Assembly (NCBI RefSeq): GCF_006345805.1
Contig: NC_043014.1
Span: 32,116,001 to 32,180,000 of the forward strand
Reading direction: 5' to 3'
Length of the DNA stretch: 64,000 nucleotides
Source: Octopus sinensis
Taxonomy: Eukaryota
Shown here: piece after piece, positions 13,150 through 26,593 of the stretch
Position numbering within the stretch: position 1 is the stretch's first letter
How the letters are laid out: each line of letters starts with the position of its first letter
Made by a program: the position numbers and the translations under genes
Notes under the pieces: model-generated
Told to the model about the DNA's origin: nothing
The model's input: only the letters and a program-made list of their open reading frames with translations
The model's database searches: none

Positions 13150-13540
13150 ATATGGTGTGGAGTGGTCATCCCATTGGTGCTAAAGTATTTGGTCATATCC
13201 ATGATGGTGGTTCAGGGGACAGCAGATACCTCCTTCATGTCGCTGGTCCTGAATTGGTCATCGTTTCTAGGCATGGCAATTGTACTGGTGATAACATACA
13301 TTGTGGGCCTGGTCACTCTATCTGTGTCTATGGATTGTTTATTTTCTGTGGTGGTTGTACTGGAGTCTTTGGTGACACTCTCTGTGACACTGGTCCCAGA
13401 CTGGTTATTATCTCTGGGCATGGCAACTGTATTGGCGTGAGAGCTGGTTAATCTACTGCTGGATGGTACAATACTGTTACTGCGGATAGCAGGTCTAGGT
13501 ATCACCATAGCCTCATAGATGACCCTTGCAGCCTTGCATC
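13150..13540 (-). other. Unique GC-richer island with a Ser/Thr-rich ORF and an in-frame 147-bp internal repeat
   Basis: ORF 13212-13508; TVAMPRDNNQSGTS and TIAMPRNDDQFRTS lie 49 codons apart. Confidence 0.3.
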
Positions 13541-14189
13541 AACCTCCTACTGGACAGTTATATACCCTGCAAGAGCAACCTGTCTCCTCCCTTGTATTGT
13601 GGGTATGTTAGGTGCACAACTAAAGGAGACTCTTAGGTTGTGTCTACTAAATAAATGCCTGTATCTATGTGTGTGTATGTGAAATGTTTGTCTATCAATC
13701 TCAGGAAAATCTTTCCCACACAAGTCTTGATGTTGAGTGAGAAGGGTGGAGCAACCAAACAACATATATACACACATAGACACATTTTTGCAGACAAATC
13801 CCTCTTTCAATATTTTCTCTGACTCCATCCCAATAAGTTTATCCATTATTACATTTACAGATTAACCAGCATATTTTGCTTCAATGGCAAAAATAATATC
13901 AAAAAGCATCAGTGACATTTCTCAAGATATTCAAGTATTATAAACAGACAGGTGAATGAACCATAGAAGAGGCTTCAAAATAGTCGTTCAACACGATAGA
14001 AATAGCAGATGAATTTGTTTCTAATCACATTCCTACAAGTGGTAAGAACACATTTGTCACTTCAGTAGTCATCCTTGATTTTGTTAGCGACAGTATGGTC
14101 AGGGCCAGAATGGTCTTTGATCATGAGGCTACTTGATCAAGTTGAATAGATGCTAAAAAAAAATATCATTGTCAGATTAATTTTTTCTA

Positions 14190-14345
14190 ATTTTGGAACA
14201 CGATCAACAGTTTGAGGTGGTGGGGAGGAAGATCAATTATATTAATGCCAGTACTGGGCTAATACTTATTTTATTGACATTGAAAGGATGAAAAACAAAG
14301 TTGACCTTAATTGTATTTGATCTAAGAATGTAAAGAGCTGGAAGA
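14190..14345 (-). mobile_element. SINE family B, degenerate fragment
   Basis: Diverged match to the tacttattttat...gaaaggatgaaa..caaagttgacct motif of family B. Confidence 0.75.
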
Positions 14346-14647
14346 AATGTCGCTCTCCATTTCATCCGACATGCTAATGATTCAACCAACTTGCCCCCTT
14401 AACTTAAGATTAATGACACAAATTAGTTATCTGGTGGACAAATTATACTGTGTAATAATTTTTCTGTTTTTTGTCTTTGGTCAGAAGTGTTATTTCCTAT
14501 TTGTTTCCATCAAGAAATCAAAGGAAATGATTATAATTCCTTTCAAACTTTGCTTTTGTGACCTGGGCATCCATGTTTTGAAACATCTATTTTCCATTAC
14601 ATTTCAGACAGATTCAGTGCTGAGTTGATGAAGCAGAAATATCATTA

Positions 14648-14818
14648 TAGCAAATATTCTGCTCATTACTACAGATTTTTTTGTCAGTTGCTTGACCTTC
14701 ATCACTTCAGCATGTCCCTTAGTAGTTGATGATATTTGCACCACTGATCATTAGCAAGAGTAGAGGAGGAGCATCATAGCCATGTGTTGAGAGGAATTCT
14801 TTGGGGTTTGAATAAATG
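14648..14818 (+). mobile_element. Retroposon family E fragment
   Basis: Matches the internal part of 48391-48918 (agcaaatattctgctc...gagcatcatagccatgtgttgagaggaattctttggggtttg). Confidence 0.85.
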
Positions 14819-16293
14819 CAACAAAAGCAAAGTTTGAAGGAAATAGCCATTTTTCATACTTTCTACAGGTGAGCAAATAGGAAAAAAACAGTTGTTACCC
14901 AAGGATGAAGATCATGATAAATTATCACCAAATAGAGAAAAGGCATTTTCCCATGAAATTTTTCCACAGTAATATAAAACCATTATTATTCTTTGCCACA
15001 GCAGATATTTAGATAGTTTTGCATCTTTTTTTACTTTGCTTATAACAACCCATCAAATGGGCTATCTTCCTCTGCCTACAGCACATTGTTTCTCATGGGA
15101 GTGGATGTGGTTGATAAGACTGATAAAAAGATAAACAGATCCTGTGACACCGAGACCACTGAATATGACCCCAAACAACAGCTGCATGGGGTTGATGATG
15201 ACATCTTTTCCTCCCTTCATGCAGTCGCCTGTGTTTGGTTTCAGAGTGTCCTACTCCAGCATCACACATGGACTTTCAAGCTTTCTGATTAACAGCCTAG
15301 GGCTCCAAGCAATTGGAGGGAACACCACATAAAATAAGAGATGGCTTGAGATGGTCATGAAAACAAAGTTTTGGATGTCCATGAGTCCTACATTCAGTCT
15401 TGATGAAACAAGACTGGAATTAAGATCATATCATTTTAAACAGGCCATATCCAGCCCAGGTATTCTTGCTGTATTATGTTTAAACCAGCCAGATCTGGCT
15501 TCTTGCATCTACTCTACAATGTCGTTCTAAAGTAAACAATCCCATTATCAATACCTCGAAGTTACAAGATAATGCATGACTAATTCAAAACAGTGTGAAT
15601 AAATAAGAATTACATTTGACAGCATAATCTGAATGCTAAAAGGTTAAAGGAAATTTAGTTGTTTGTTGCAAGTAAGGGATTTCATCGAAAATTCCCTGCT
15701 GGCTTATTGACTTGGATTTGTCTAGCTTGATGGCTGGCCAGTGAGATAGTTGATTGGTTGGCTAGTTTGTTCTCTGACTAGTTGGTGGAATGCTTGACTG
15801 ATTGTCATTGGTGTTGTTGTTATTTAACCCCAGTTCAGCTCTGATTGAGTACATTTATGATCAAAGACATTCCAGCCATGCCCATTTAAAAATTTTTTTA
15901 CCTTTGTGGAAGGAACTTCTAGGCCTCATTACCCAAAGTATCCATTTTTCCCCGCTTTTTAAAGCAGTAGATTACAAATTAAAGAAAATCCATTTGCTCT
16001 TATAGTAGGTCGAACCCCTTTATCAGGTGGTTGTCTGCCTGGTCAGTAGGTTTGCAGGCTGATCGGTGTAGTAGTTAGAAGTCTAAGGGGCTCATAGGTA
16101 GACTGACAGTCTGTATGTCTGACTGACTGTCGAGTAAACATACTACAATGGCTCATCCACTCAGACATTGCAGTTCTACAACAAATTCTATAAAATATGA
16201 TTATTTCTTACATAATATCTGATTGTTAACATTTCAGATGAGAGAAACTTCTCTGATAACATATTTCCATGTCAATATATCAACATCAACATC

Positions 16294-16960
<667 letters not shown>

Positions 16961-17049
16961 ACACACACACACACATGCACATATATACATAAACCATCTT
17001 ATATTACATTGTCAGAAAGTTTCTAAAACCAGTGATTTAGACCTATCAA

Positions 17050-17209
17050 CCTTATGTTATTAGATCCTGAGTTTATCATCCAGCTCTGACAGGCTACAAA
17101 GATGCAAGAAGTCAGCGAAGAAGGTGGAGACGATGGTGGCTGTTGTTTTATCATCTCTACTAAAAATATGCTTCTATGCCAACATTGTTGAAACTCAAAG
17201 GCAGTTGGT
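17050..17209 (-). CDS. Candidate exon following 17314-17404 (3' boundary uncertain): (R)PTAFEFQQCWHRSIFLVEMIKQQPPSSPPSSLTSC...
   Basis: Acceptor with branch-point-like CTAAT (cctaatctttgtgtttggcag); phase matches the upstream candidate across a 104-nt intron; the donor is weak or unclear. Confidence 0.3.
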
Positions 17210-17313
17210 CTGCCAAACACAAAGATTAGGTGTTTGATGAGCATAATTTACTGCGTGCAGTTCAAATATGTTTGCTGGTTCTATTCCTATAAAAGTATAG
17301 CACCAAATTTTAC

Positions 17314-17404
17314 CTTAATTGAATATGTTGCTGGGTTAGCTCATCTGAGCAGAAGATTCTCTCTAGCAGACCACTAACACAGAACCAGAGTGGAAGTGGA
17401 ATCT
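17314..17404 (-). CDS. Candidate internal exon (91 nt): xIPLPLWFCVSGLLERIFCSDELTQQHIQL(R)
   Basis: Acceptor gaaatttttttgcag, donor AAG|gtaaaa, only one of three frames open. Confidence 0.4.
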
Positions 17405-17431
17405 CTGCAAAAAAATTTCTCTAAACAAAAG

Positions 17432-17432
17432 G

Positions 17433-17510
<78 letters not shown>

Positions 17511-17580
17511 TTACTACTACTAGTGCTACTGCTACTGCTGCTGTTACGACTACTAATACTACTATCACTACTACCACCTG
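17432..17580. repeat. (ACT)n microsatellite
   Basis: Direct inspection. Confidence 0.95.
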
Positions 17581-17629
17581 CACTTTGAACACTAGAAACT
17601 TGTGTACCATGTATGTATGTATTTATGCA

Positions 17630-17668
<39 letters not shown>

Positions 17669-17880
17669 TCTATTTATATATGTATCTATATGTACATATA
17701 TATATGTTTGTATGTATGTATGTATGTATGTATGTATATATATATATATATACACAAAAGAGTAAAAGAGTAAAGAGTATATATATATATACATATGTAT
17801 GTGCAAAAGTGTATATATGTATATGTGTGTATATGCATACACACACATACATATATGTACGTATTCATATATATGCATAT

Positions 17881-17913
<33 letters not shown>

Positions 17914-18719
17914 CACACATACATACATATATGTACATATATGTACATATATGTGTATATATATGTATATAAATACATATACAGGCGTATATGCATATAT
18001 ACATACATACATCCATACATACATATAATAATAAATATATCTATACAGTTATAACTTATGGTAGCTGTTCCCAGAATCTGCCAATAAAATCTACATATGT
18101 TGTTTATGCATGCAACGCATTTATGCATGTGTGTATGTATGCATGTTTAGGTGTCCATATGCATTTCTTTACATATAAGCAAGGTAGGTGCATGTATGCT
18201 AATACAGATATATGCACATATATATTTATGTACATATTTTTATATGTAAATGTGAATAAAAGCATTTATATATGCATGTATGTATTTATGCACATGTTTG
18301 TATATATGCATGCGTATAGGTGTACATGAATGTATATATTTATTTACACACATTTGCGTGTGTGTATATTGATGTACATACGCATGCATGTATGCAAATA
18401 GATAAGTAATCAATATAAATATTTATGTTGTCTACAAAAGCTCCTAATATACATCTCAACTATAGTATTACAATTGAGAATAAACACATACATTCATTAA
18501 TTGCACTTAACTGGATGCGTTTGATATATGTATACTACTACTACTACTACTACTACTACTACAACTACTGCTGCTGCTGCTGCTGCTTCTCCTGTTGCTG
18601 CTGCTGCTGCTAATGCTGTTCTTGCTGCTGCTGATAATAATAATGGTTTCAAATTTTGGCACAAGGCCAGCAGGTTTGAGGGAGGGAATAAGCTGATTAC
18701 ATCACCCTCCCCCCAGTGC

Positions 18720-19030
18720 TCATCATCCTCATCATCAACATTTAGCATCCATTTCCCATGCTGGCATGGGTTGGATGGTTTGACAGGAACTGGCAAGGCC
18801 ATGGGCCACACCAGGTTCCATAGTCTGTTTTGGCTTGGTTTCTATGGCTGGATGCCCTTCCTAACACCAACATTACAGAATGCATTACGTACTTTTTATG
18901 TATCATCACCAGTGCTTTTAATGTGGCACCAGCACCATTGTTTTTTACATGGCACCTGCCCCACATCAACACTCTTGGTTTTAGGATCTCAATTCTGCTA
19001 TGGTGGGTGGGTCTCCTTGAGTACAGGAAT
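18720..19030 (-). mobile_element. RTE LINE 3' UTR end
   Basis: (CAT)n tail then catgctggcatgggttggatggtttgac...ggatgcccttcctaac, the same terminus as 26594 and 44058. Confidence 0.8.
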
Positions 19031-19149
19031 GCACCACATATCTCTCGGTCTTCTGTTATCTCTTTCATGAGGTCCAGCATTTTGAAACTGGCTTTCAGTA
19101 CTTTGTCCCATCAATACTTTGAAGCCATTAACAATAATGATAAAGATTT

Positions 19150-19530
19150 TTGGTTAATGCACAAGGCCAGCAATTGTGAAACAAAGGAGTTAATCAATCC
19201 CATCAACCCTGTTGCTTGATTTGTAGTTAAAGCAAAGTATTTGTCTGGTACTTAATCTCAACTTTGAAATGGTTAAAAGCAAAGTTTACTTCAATGAGAT
19301 TTCAGCTCAGAATGTAAAGAGTTGAAACAAATACCACAAGGTATTTTTTCTAACTCGTTAATGATTCTGCCAAATATTAATTATAACTGTTTCTAACATA
19401 GGCATAAGATCAGAAATTTAGGAGAGAAGAATAGTTAAATGTATCGATCCCCAAACTTGACTGATGTTTTATTTCACTGACCCCAAAACTATTAAATGCA
19501 AGATTGACCTCAGCAGGTTTGAACTTGGGG
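19150..19530 (-). mobile_element. Two degenerate SINE family B copies in tandem
   Basis: gcacaaggccagcaatt...ggtacttaat...cagctcagaatgtaaag, then a second copy at about 19390-19530. Confidence 0.75.
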
Positions 19531-19559
19531 TATAAAGAGCCAAAATGACAAATCGTGAA

Positions 19560-20760
19560 GAAGGTGAAACACCATGACCAGCTTTAGCTTCAGATAACCT
19601 TGCTGGACTTCAAAACGTAGATTGATGCAATTTTTGGCTAAAGAAGTAGAATGCTGTGAAAAAACTAATCTCAGCAAATAAAGTAAAATGGAAAATACTG
19701 AAAAGAGATGCAAGAGCCAGACATGGACTAAATGAGAACGCACCAGTGAGTAAGTAAAGAGAACTGGGATGAGAGCTAAGATGGAGGACCTGATAATTGC
19801 TGCAGAAGATCAGTTTCTTGTATCTTGATTCTATTTCTGTTATATCATCAAGAATGTAATTGACTCACATCTGTAGAAGAAGTTATCTATTACCTTGTCT
19901 AAAAGTAAAGATAAGGGATTTATTTGGGGGACCAAAAACTACTCAAAGACCAAATATATCCGCAAGTATAACAAGGTACTGTTGGTACTGGAAAATAAAT
20001 AGTACTTACAAGATTAAGACGATCTAAGACTTGTAAAGATCAACAGCCAAATTATGGTCACTTGACAACAATGTCTCCACCTTTCTGGGACATGTCTATC
20101 CCCACTGACAGAGTGATAAAAGATGCAACTGCATTTTGCAGTGGCCTCTCATCTGAAGACAAAAACAAAACTGGTTATGCTTAGGATAGCACCAGGCATG
20201 GATGGTTGATCTTGTCATACACTTTAAATTGATCTGAATTGATCAAAGCCTTACCAGATCTACAGCTAAAACCTTTTATGATGTAATGCATCAAGTGGAG
20301 GTTGTTAAGAGTAAATCTGCCAGGAAATGCACAATTTATGCATTTCTGACGAACTATTAATGACAAGTGCCTGGTTCGAGGTGAGCAGAGTTATGAGTTT
20401 CAAGTTGTATGTTGTGTCCCTTTGTTGGGATCTTTGCTCAGCAGCATCACTATTCCACGGTTGATATTCCTTGCAATCTTTCCTTCAACTACCAGTTATA
20501 ATAGAGTTTCCAAAACAACAGCAAACAGGTCTTGCATGTAGCAATAAAGTTTGTTGGGAAACCATCCAATCCCAGCAATTTGTTGATCACACATTACTCA
20601 ACATATCTTCCATTCCATTTGCTGAAATTGGTTTCCTACAATATTCTGTTTTAGCACCAACAGTTGCAACAAACCATCAATGTGTGCTTTGAAGTTCAGC
20701 ATCACTCTTTTCTTACAGTTTGTGAAAGTCCTGCTGAATAACTAAACATCTGTTGAGAAG
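19560..20760 (-). mobile_element. L1/Tx1-clade LINE reverse-transcriptase remnant
   Basis: Decayed motifs GIVMLLSKDPNKG...KLITLL and CAFPGRFTLNNLHLMHY...ALINSDQFKVYDKINH (compare DQxKAFDRVDH). Confidence 0.7.
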
Positions 20761-20880
20761 CAGATAAGATACTGGCCTCTGACATTCACCCAAACAGAAG
20801 GCAACATACTATACATTTATAGAGAAAGAGTTTAGTCAATTACATTGGTCTTCAATATATTGCTGATCACTTTATATTTA

Positions 20881-21252
20881 AAAAAAAAAATAATGAAATT
20901 ATTGTATACAGTGCTCAGGTGCACCACAACTTGTCAAAAGTGCGTATAAAGCATATGCAGTAATGTACAAATGTCTGGAGAGTGAACAGTGTATGAGTCA
21001 GATACATGCTTGTGTGTGTGTAGAGGAGAGAAAATCAGGTGTAGTGTTGGCAAATCTCAGGAAACATGGAAGTTTTAAAGGATGCAGTGCTCCAACAACT
21101 AACAACTGATGCCGGCAGTTTGTTCCATGCTTCAGCAATTCTTAGCGTGAAAAAATGTTTCCAAAAGTCGTGGGAGCTGTGCTGTTTTCTGACTTTGTAA
21201 ACATGTCTACGGTTGTTAGACAGCTGGAGTTTGAAAAGGTGCTCAGAGTTAT
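20881..21252 (-). mobile_element. CR1/L2-type LINE 3' end
   Basis: Minus-strand translation HVYKVRKQHSSHDFWKHFFTLRIAEAWNKLPASVVSCWSTASFK matches the CR1-type C-terminal FFxxRVxxxWNxLP motif; the tail lies at the low-coordinate end. Confidence 0.85.
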
Positions 21253-21660
21253 TTTGATTCCAATTCTTCTATGAATGATTCAATAATGCTTCTAATATAC
21301 TTACAAAGCCTGAAATTAGGGGTGAGGACATAATTGGGTTTATAACCTGGAAGGATTGAAAGGCAAAGCTGATTCTTGCAAAATTAGAGCTAAATACCTC
21401 AAAACATTTTGTCTGTTGTGTGTTGCCTATCTATTTCTTTTGTGAAGTGAAAGAGATCTATATTGACTGAAGGGAAGGTTAGGAATTCCATGAGATGGCA
21501 CCACCAATGGAATTGTTTCCCCCCATGCTTAATAGGGATGCATTTTAATAGATGTTGAAACAATACAAAGAGAAATTTTGCATCAGAGGAATTTGAGTTC
21601 AGAATACGAAGGGAAGTGACCAGTGGTAAGCTGCCAAAATTGTAATAACTGGTTTATTTA

Positions 21661-21847
21661 TTCTTTTATTCTTTTACTTGCTTCAGTCATTTGACTGTGG
21701 CCATGCTGAAGCACCACCTTAAAGGGTTTTAGTTGAAGAAATCAACCTCAGGACTTATTCTTTGTAAGCCTTGTACTTATTCTATTGGTCTCTTTTGCCG
21801 AACCGCTAAGTTACAGGGACATAAGCACTCCAGCATCGGTTATGTCA
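21661..21847 (-). mobile_element. SINE family A, 3' part
   Basis: Reverse complement of the family A 3' half. Confidence 0.9.
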
Positions 21848-21872
21848 ACATTTTAACAATTTTTTTCTTTAC

Positions 21873-22010
21873 TGACTCTATATGTTTATTGTTCATGTAG
21901 TAAGCAACAAAATTCATACATTGACTTGATTTCCTGTAATTCAAACAGTTAATGGTTCTAGCTGACAAAATGGCGAAGGCATTGCTGCAGAGAATGGTGA
22001 GGGAGATGTG
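21873..22010 (-). CDS. Candidate internal exon (138 nt, phase 0/0): HISLTILCSNAFAILSARTINCLNYRKSSQCMNFVAYYMNNKHIES
   Basis: Acceptor ttgtttacttgtcccag, donor TCA|gtaaag, open frame; no homology recognised. Confidence 0.25.
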
Positions 22011-22439
22011 CTGGGACAAGTAAACAAATTGTTTACTGACCTCCAAAAGTTTTACTCATAGACTCTGTGCAAAATACTTCAAATGAGACAATAAAATATA
22101 CACTTATCAAAATGGAGTAGAATTGGAATTCAAAGAAGATTGTGATGAGTTGTGTCAACAACAAGCAATGTGTATTTATGCCTAAGAATATAATTACATT
22201 TTTTATTTCTCTGTACTATTTCTAAATTGTAACACTCAATGTTCATTCAACAGTCTTCTTTCTATAACTGCAGCATGTTATATATATATATACTACTGCT
22301 ATATATATATATTATACACAACTGCATTTGTCAAGATATAGGATAAGGAGATAATGATTTTGCAATGATGCATTCTGAGTGAGACTCATTTCTACTTTGT
22401 CATTGTGTTTATATATGAACTAACTCTATGTGAACTAAC

Positions 22440-22718
22440 TACACACACATACACACACACATACACACACATACATACATACATACATACATACATACAT
22501 ACATACAAAATACATACATACATAGATATATATTCATATATACATACATACATACATACGTACGTACATACACATACACATACATACATACGTACATATA
22601 CACACATACACATACATACTCACATACATACTTACATACATACATACACACATCCATCCATCCATCCATACATACATACATACATACATACACACACATA
22701 CATACATACATACATACA

Positions 22719-22749
<31 letters not shown>

Positions 22750-23037
22750 GTACACATACACACACACACATACATACTCATATGCATACTTACATACATA
22801 CATATGTACGTCCATATATACATACATACGTACAACATACATCCATCCATCCATACATACATACACACATCCATCCGTACATACATACACACATACATAC
22901 ATACATACATACATACATACAACATACATACATACATATATGAATACATACGTACACATACACACACACACACACATACATACTCATATACATACTTACA
23001 TACATACATATGTACGTCCATACATACATACATACAT

Positions 23038-23068
<31 letters not shown>

Positions 23069-23070
23069 TC
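22440..23070. repeat. (ACAT)n microsatellite with higher-order duplicated blocks
   Basis: Direct inspection; the block tactcatat(g/a)catacttacatacatacatatgtacgtccat occurs at about 22775 and about 22980. Confidence 0.9.
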
Positions 23071-23434
23071 CATGGGTGCGTTCATGATGCATTGTGCTAA
23101 AATAACTGATACTTTCTTTTGTTTGATTTTACAATTTAAAATTTTTTTCTTCCATTATTTTTTTTTAATCCTCTCCTGCCATAAGTAAAGGTGAGAGAGA
23201 TTTGTTTTCTTTGAGATTTGAACATAGTACAAAATTATATAACATACTTAGTTGGCAATAAATCTTATATACTACACACATTGCCAAATCTATGCCTCTG
23301 GAAAATTTTTTCTGGATGTTTGACAAAATATATATATATTACTAGTGTGCTTGTATATAGAGATGTATACATATTATTGTGTGTGTGTATATATTATATA
23401 TATATATATAAACACACACACACACACACATATA

Positions 23435-23468
<34 letters not shown>

Positions 23469-23479
23469 CTCACTCATAT

Positions 23480-23519
23480 AGGTAGATAGATAGACAGTGA
23501 CAGGTAGATATAGATAGAT

Positions 23520-23557
<38 letters not shown>

Positions 23558-23651
23558 TTTGCAGGATAGATAGACAGACTGACAGACAGACAGACGAAGT
23601 GACAGACAGGCAGACATACGGACTGACAGATTGACAGACAGACAGACAAAC

Positions 23652-23735
<84 letters not shown>
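23480..23735. repeat. (GATA)n/(GACA)n microsatellite
   Basis: Direct inspection. Confidence 0.95.
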
Positions 23736-23989
23736 TATATATATTAAATTTGCTTTGCTAGGACTTTGATCTGAAATTGTGTTGAAACCAAAATTTTTTT
23801 ATGTTTTGGATGAGTCACCTTATTAAAACCCTTCAATGCACTCACCAGATGCTACTAATATTTATACTTTCTTCTATTTTCTTATTCTCCCCAAATTTTC
23901 TTGTATCTTCACCTCTGTGACCTTTGCAATAGATAGGGAGTTTCCAAATAACAATTTAAATTTTCCAACTGAATCATTCTTTTCTACCC

Positions 23990-24365
23990 TTGGCACAAGG
24001 CCCTAAATTTTGGGGGAAGGGGGTCAGTCGATTAGATCGTCCCCAGTATGCAACTGGTACCTAATTTATCGACCTCCCAAAAGGATGAAAGGCAAAGTTG
24101 ACCTCAGGGGAATTTGAACTCAGAACATAAAGACAGACGAAATACCTATTTCTTTACTATCCACAAGGGGCTAAGCAGAAAGGACAAATGAGGACAGACA
24201 AACAGATTAAGTCGCTTATATCGACCCCAGTGCGTAACTGGTACTTATTTAATCGACCCCGAAAGGATGAAAGGCAAAGTCGACCTCGGTGGAATTTGAA
24301 CTCAGAACATAGCGGCAGACGAAATACTGCTAAGCATTTCACCCGGCATGCTAACGTTTCTGCCA
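23990..24365 (-). mobile_element. SINE family B composite: variant B' joined to a B copy
   Basis: Two consecutive B bodies; the B' tail (tatttctttact...gacagacaaac) joins at 24146/24147. Confidence 0.85.
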
Positions 24366-24438
24366 GTCTTCAACTGAATTATTATTTTGTGCATGTGTGT
24401 GCGTGTGTGTGTGTGCGTGTGTGTGCGTGCGTGCGTGC

Positions 24439-24502
<64 letters not shown>

Positions 24503-24859
24503 ATGTGTGTGCGTGTTGCATTTCTATGGAAAACATGTGTAACCAGGATGAGATACTCTGATTGACCTGTGTGACCTTTTATATGTTGTATATCAGGTTT
24601 TATTCTTTTGTTTATTTTATTATATTCTTTACTTTATGGTTTGCAGTTATGTGTATGCTTTCTCTTAAATGTTTAAACTTGTTCTCTTATATATTTTGTT
24701 ATGTCTTTCACTTCTCCTACTTGTTTTCATAGAACTTCTTTTTACCCCAAGCAACATACCTTTGTCAACATCCTATTTAACATGTCATGTTCATGATTAC
24801 ATAAATAGGGTGAACAATTTACTTCAATGTTTAATATATGGACCACATATTTGTGATCT

Positions 24860-25250
24860 GCACAGACAACATAAATAGGGGTCACAGACATGGACTGCAC
24901 ATGTTTGCACTTCCCCAACCAAACCACTGGTAGCAAGTGCCAATCTTTTTGCTAACACCTTAACCAAAATCTGTAACTCAGCCTTTAGCAAGGTTGTAGA
25001 CCAGAAATAATCTATAATATCCTAGTTGTTGCTGTCCTTTCCCAGCATTTTAACACATCTCAACTCACAGAACTGAAAATTTAACCATTCTGCTGTCAGT
25101 TGAAGGAGATGTTTGCTAAGAGATAACCAAACAAGTCAGAAATATAACTCACTGCAGGGCAGATCAGCCAAATCAGATTTGTCCTTGTACAACTACTCAC
25201 TATTTCCTGTATTTCACTTGCTACTATTGATCTTCCACAATCCCTTGTGT
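24860..25250 (-). mobile_element. L1/Tx1-clade LINE RT remnant, second copy
   Basis: TTLLKAELQILVKVLAKRLALATSGLVGEVQTCA resembles ITLLNAExKILAKVLAKRLA...AQTCA. Confidence 0.8.
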
Positions 25251-26593
25251 TTTCTTCCCCTAAGTCAAGAACTTACTGCAGTAAGTTCTTGACTTAGCAT
25301 TTTGACTTATTACACACTTCAAACAATCCAGCAAGGTGCAACTGGACTGCAACTCACATCTGCTTGGAACTGAGTGACATCCACTTGTTCTAGCTAATCA
25401 AATGACCTTTGTTCTATATTGTTTTAGAATACAAGCCCATGCTGTGACAATACAACGTTCATTTTTCACATTGAAGACATGATTAAGGGTCATTCTTGCT
25501 GCTAGCATGTTATTTACAATATCTTTGCCATAGGCCTCTAGAACTTGCTATAGATATACATACATAAAATTCCAAAAGTGAAATGTTTAGTTGGTGCCTT
25601 TATAAGAGAAAATTTGTGTTAGAGACATGGAATTCCCTGCTTTCTGACTAGTGAACAGAAATCATATAAACTGACCCATTACAGACACAATCAGAGCCAG
25701 TTAAAGGAAGATAACTCTATCTCACCCAGAAGGGGTCGCTTACTGTTCGGAGAATTTCATTTTAGTTTTTTTTTCCACAACTCTAGCAGACCAAGACTAT
25801 ATTCTTACCTCCATTAATAAAGACGTTGTGTGCTTCTAACCAGCATGTCTGATTAGTGGCCTATATTGCTAAGCACATTATAGACACAAAACCAATGTTA
25901 ACTTTTTGACTGGCTATAAGCAACAACTAAATTAAATATACATATATACATATATATATATTTTAAACAGTTGATAGGGAAGATAGAATGTACTGTAAGC
26001 TTTATTTGGCATGAGGATCATTTCAGCTTACATCTGTACTGCTCTCTAGTGGGTGGTGAACGATATAATGGAATTGAAGGCTACCCACAGTGCAAAAGAA
26101 ACCTCATCAGGTTACATAGTACGTTACAGCGTTATAATATGTATATTTTAGTACCGAGTGTGGCATGATGGCGTTAACATGATCCATGCATTTATAGTAG
26201 TTCACAAATCCATGTATCACATGTGCGTTTATAGTATTCCTATCTAAACTTTAATTACAAACATAAGCTACATACACACATATGTATGTATGCAATAAAC
26301 TGCAAATACAAGACTCCATAAAACAAATGATTTAGAAAGTACTTGACAGTTGTCTTCCTGAATGCTTAAGATTAATCTATACCTAATATTTACTTCTATA
26401 ATAGCCATGAATATATAAATATGCTTCAAAATAAATTATGATGTTCTCCCATGTATTAGTAAACATCTGGCTTGGAGATTCACAAATATTTTTTAAGCTC
26501 ATATATCTTTGTGAAAGTAAGTGTATCTGTATATTTCGCCTTCTTTCTCTCTCTTTTCCTCTATTTGGTAGATATATGTATGGATGGATGTAT

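Noticed and set aside
15086-15332. Short ORFs in a GC-richer island
   Set aside because: No recognisable motif or paired splice sites; possibly a decayed TE but unassignable.
26099-26115. Minus-strand CTGATGAG motif
   Set aside because: No downstream GAAA or stem structure.
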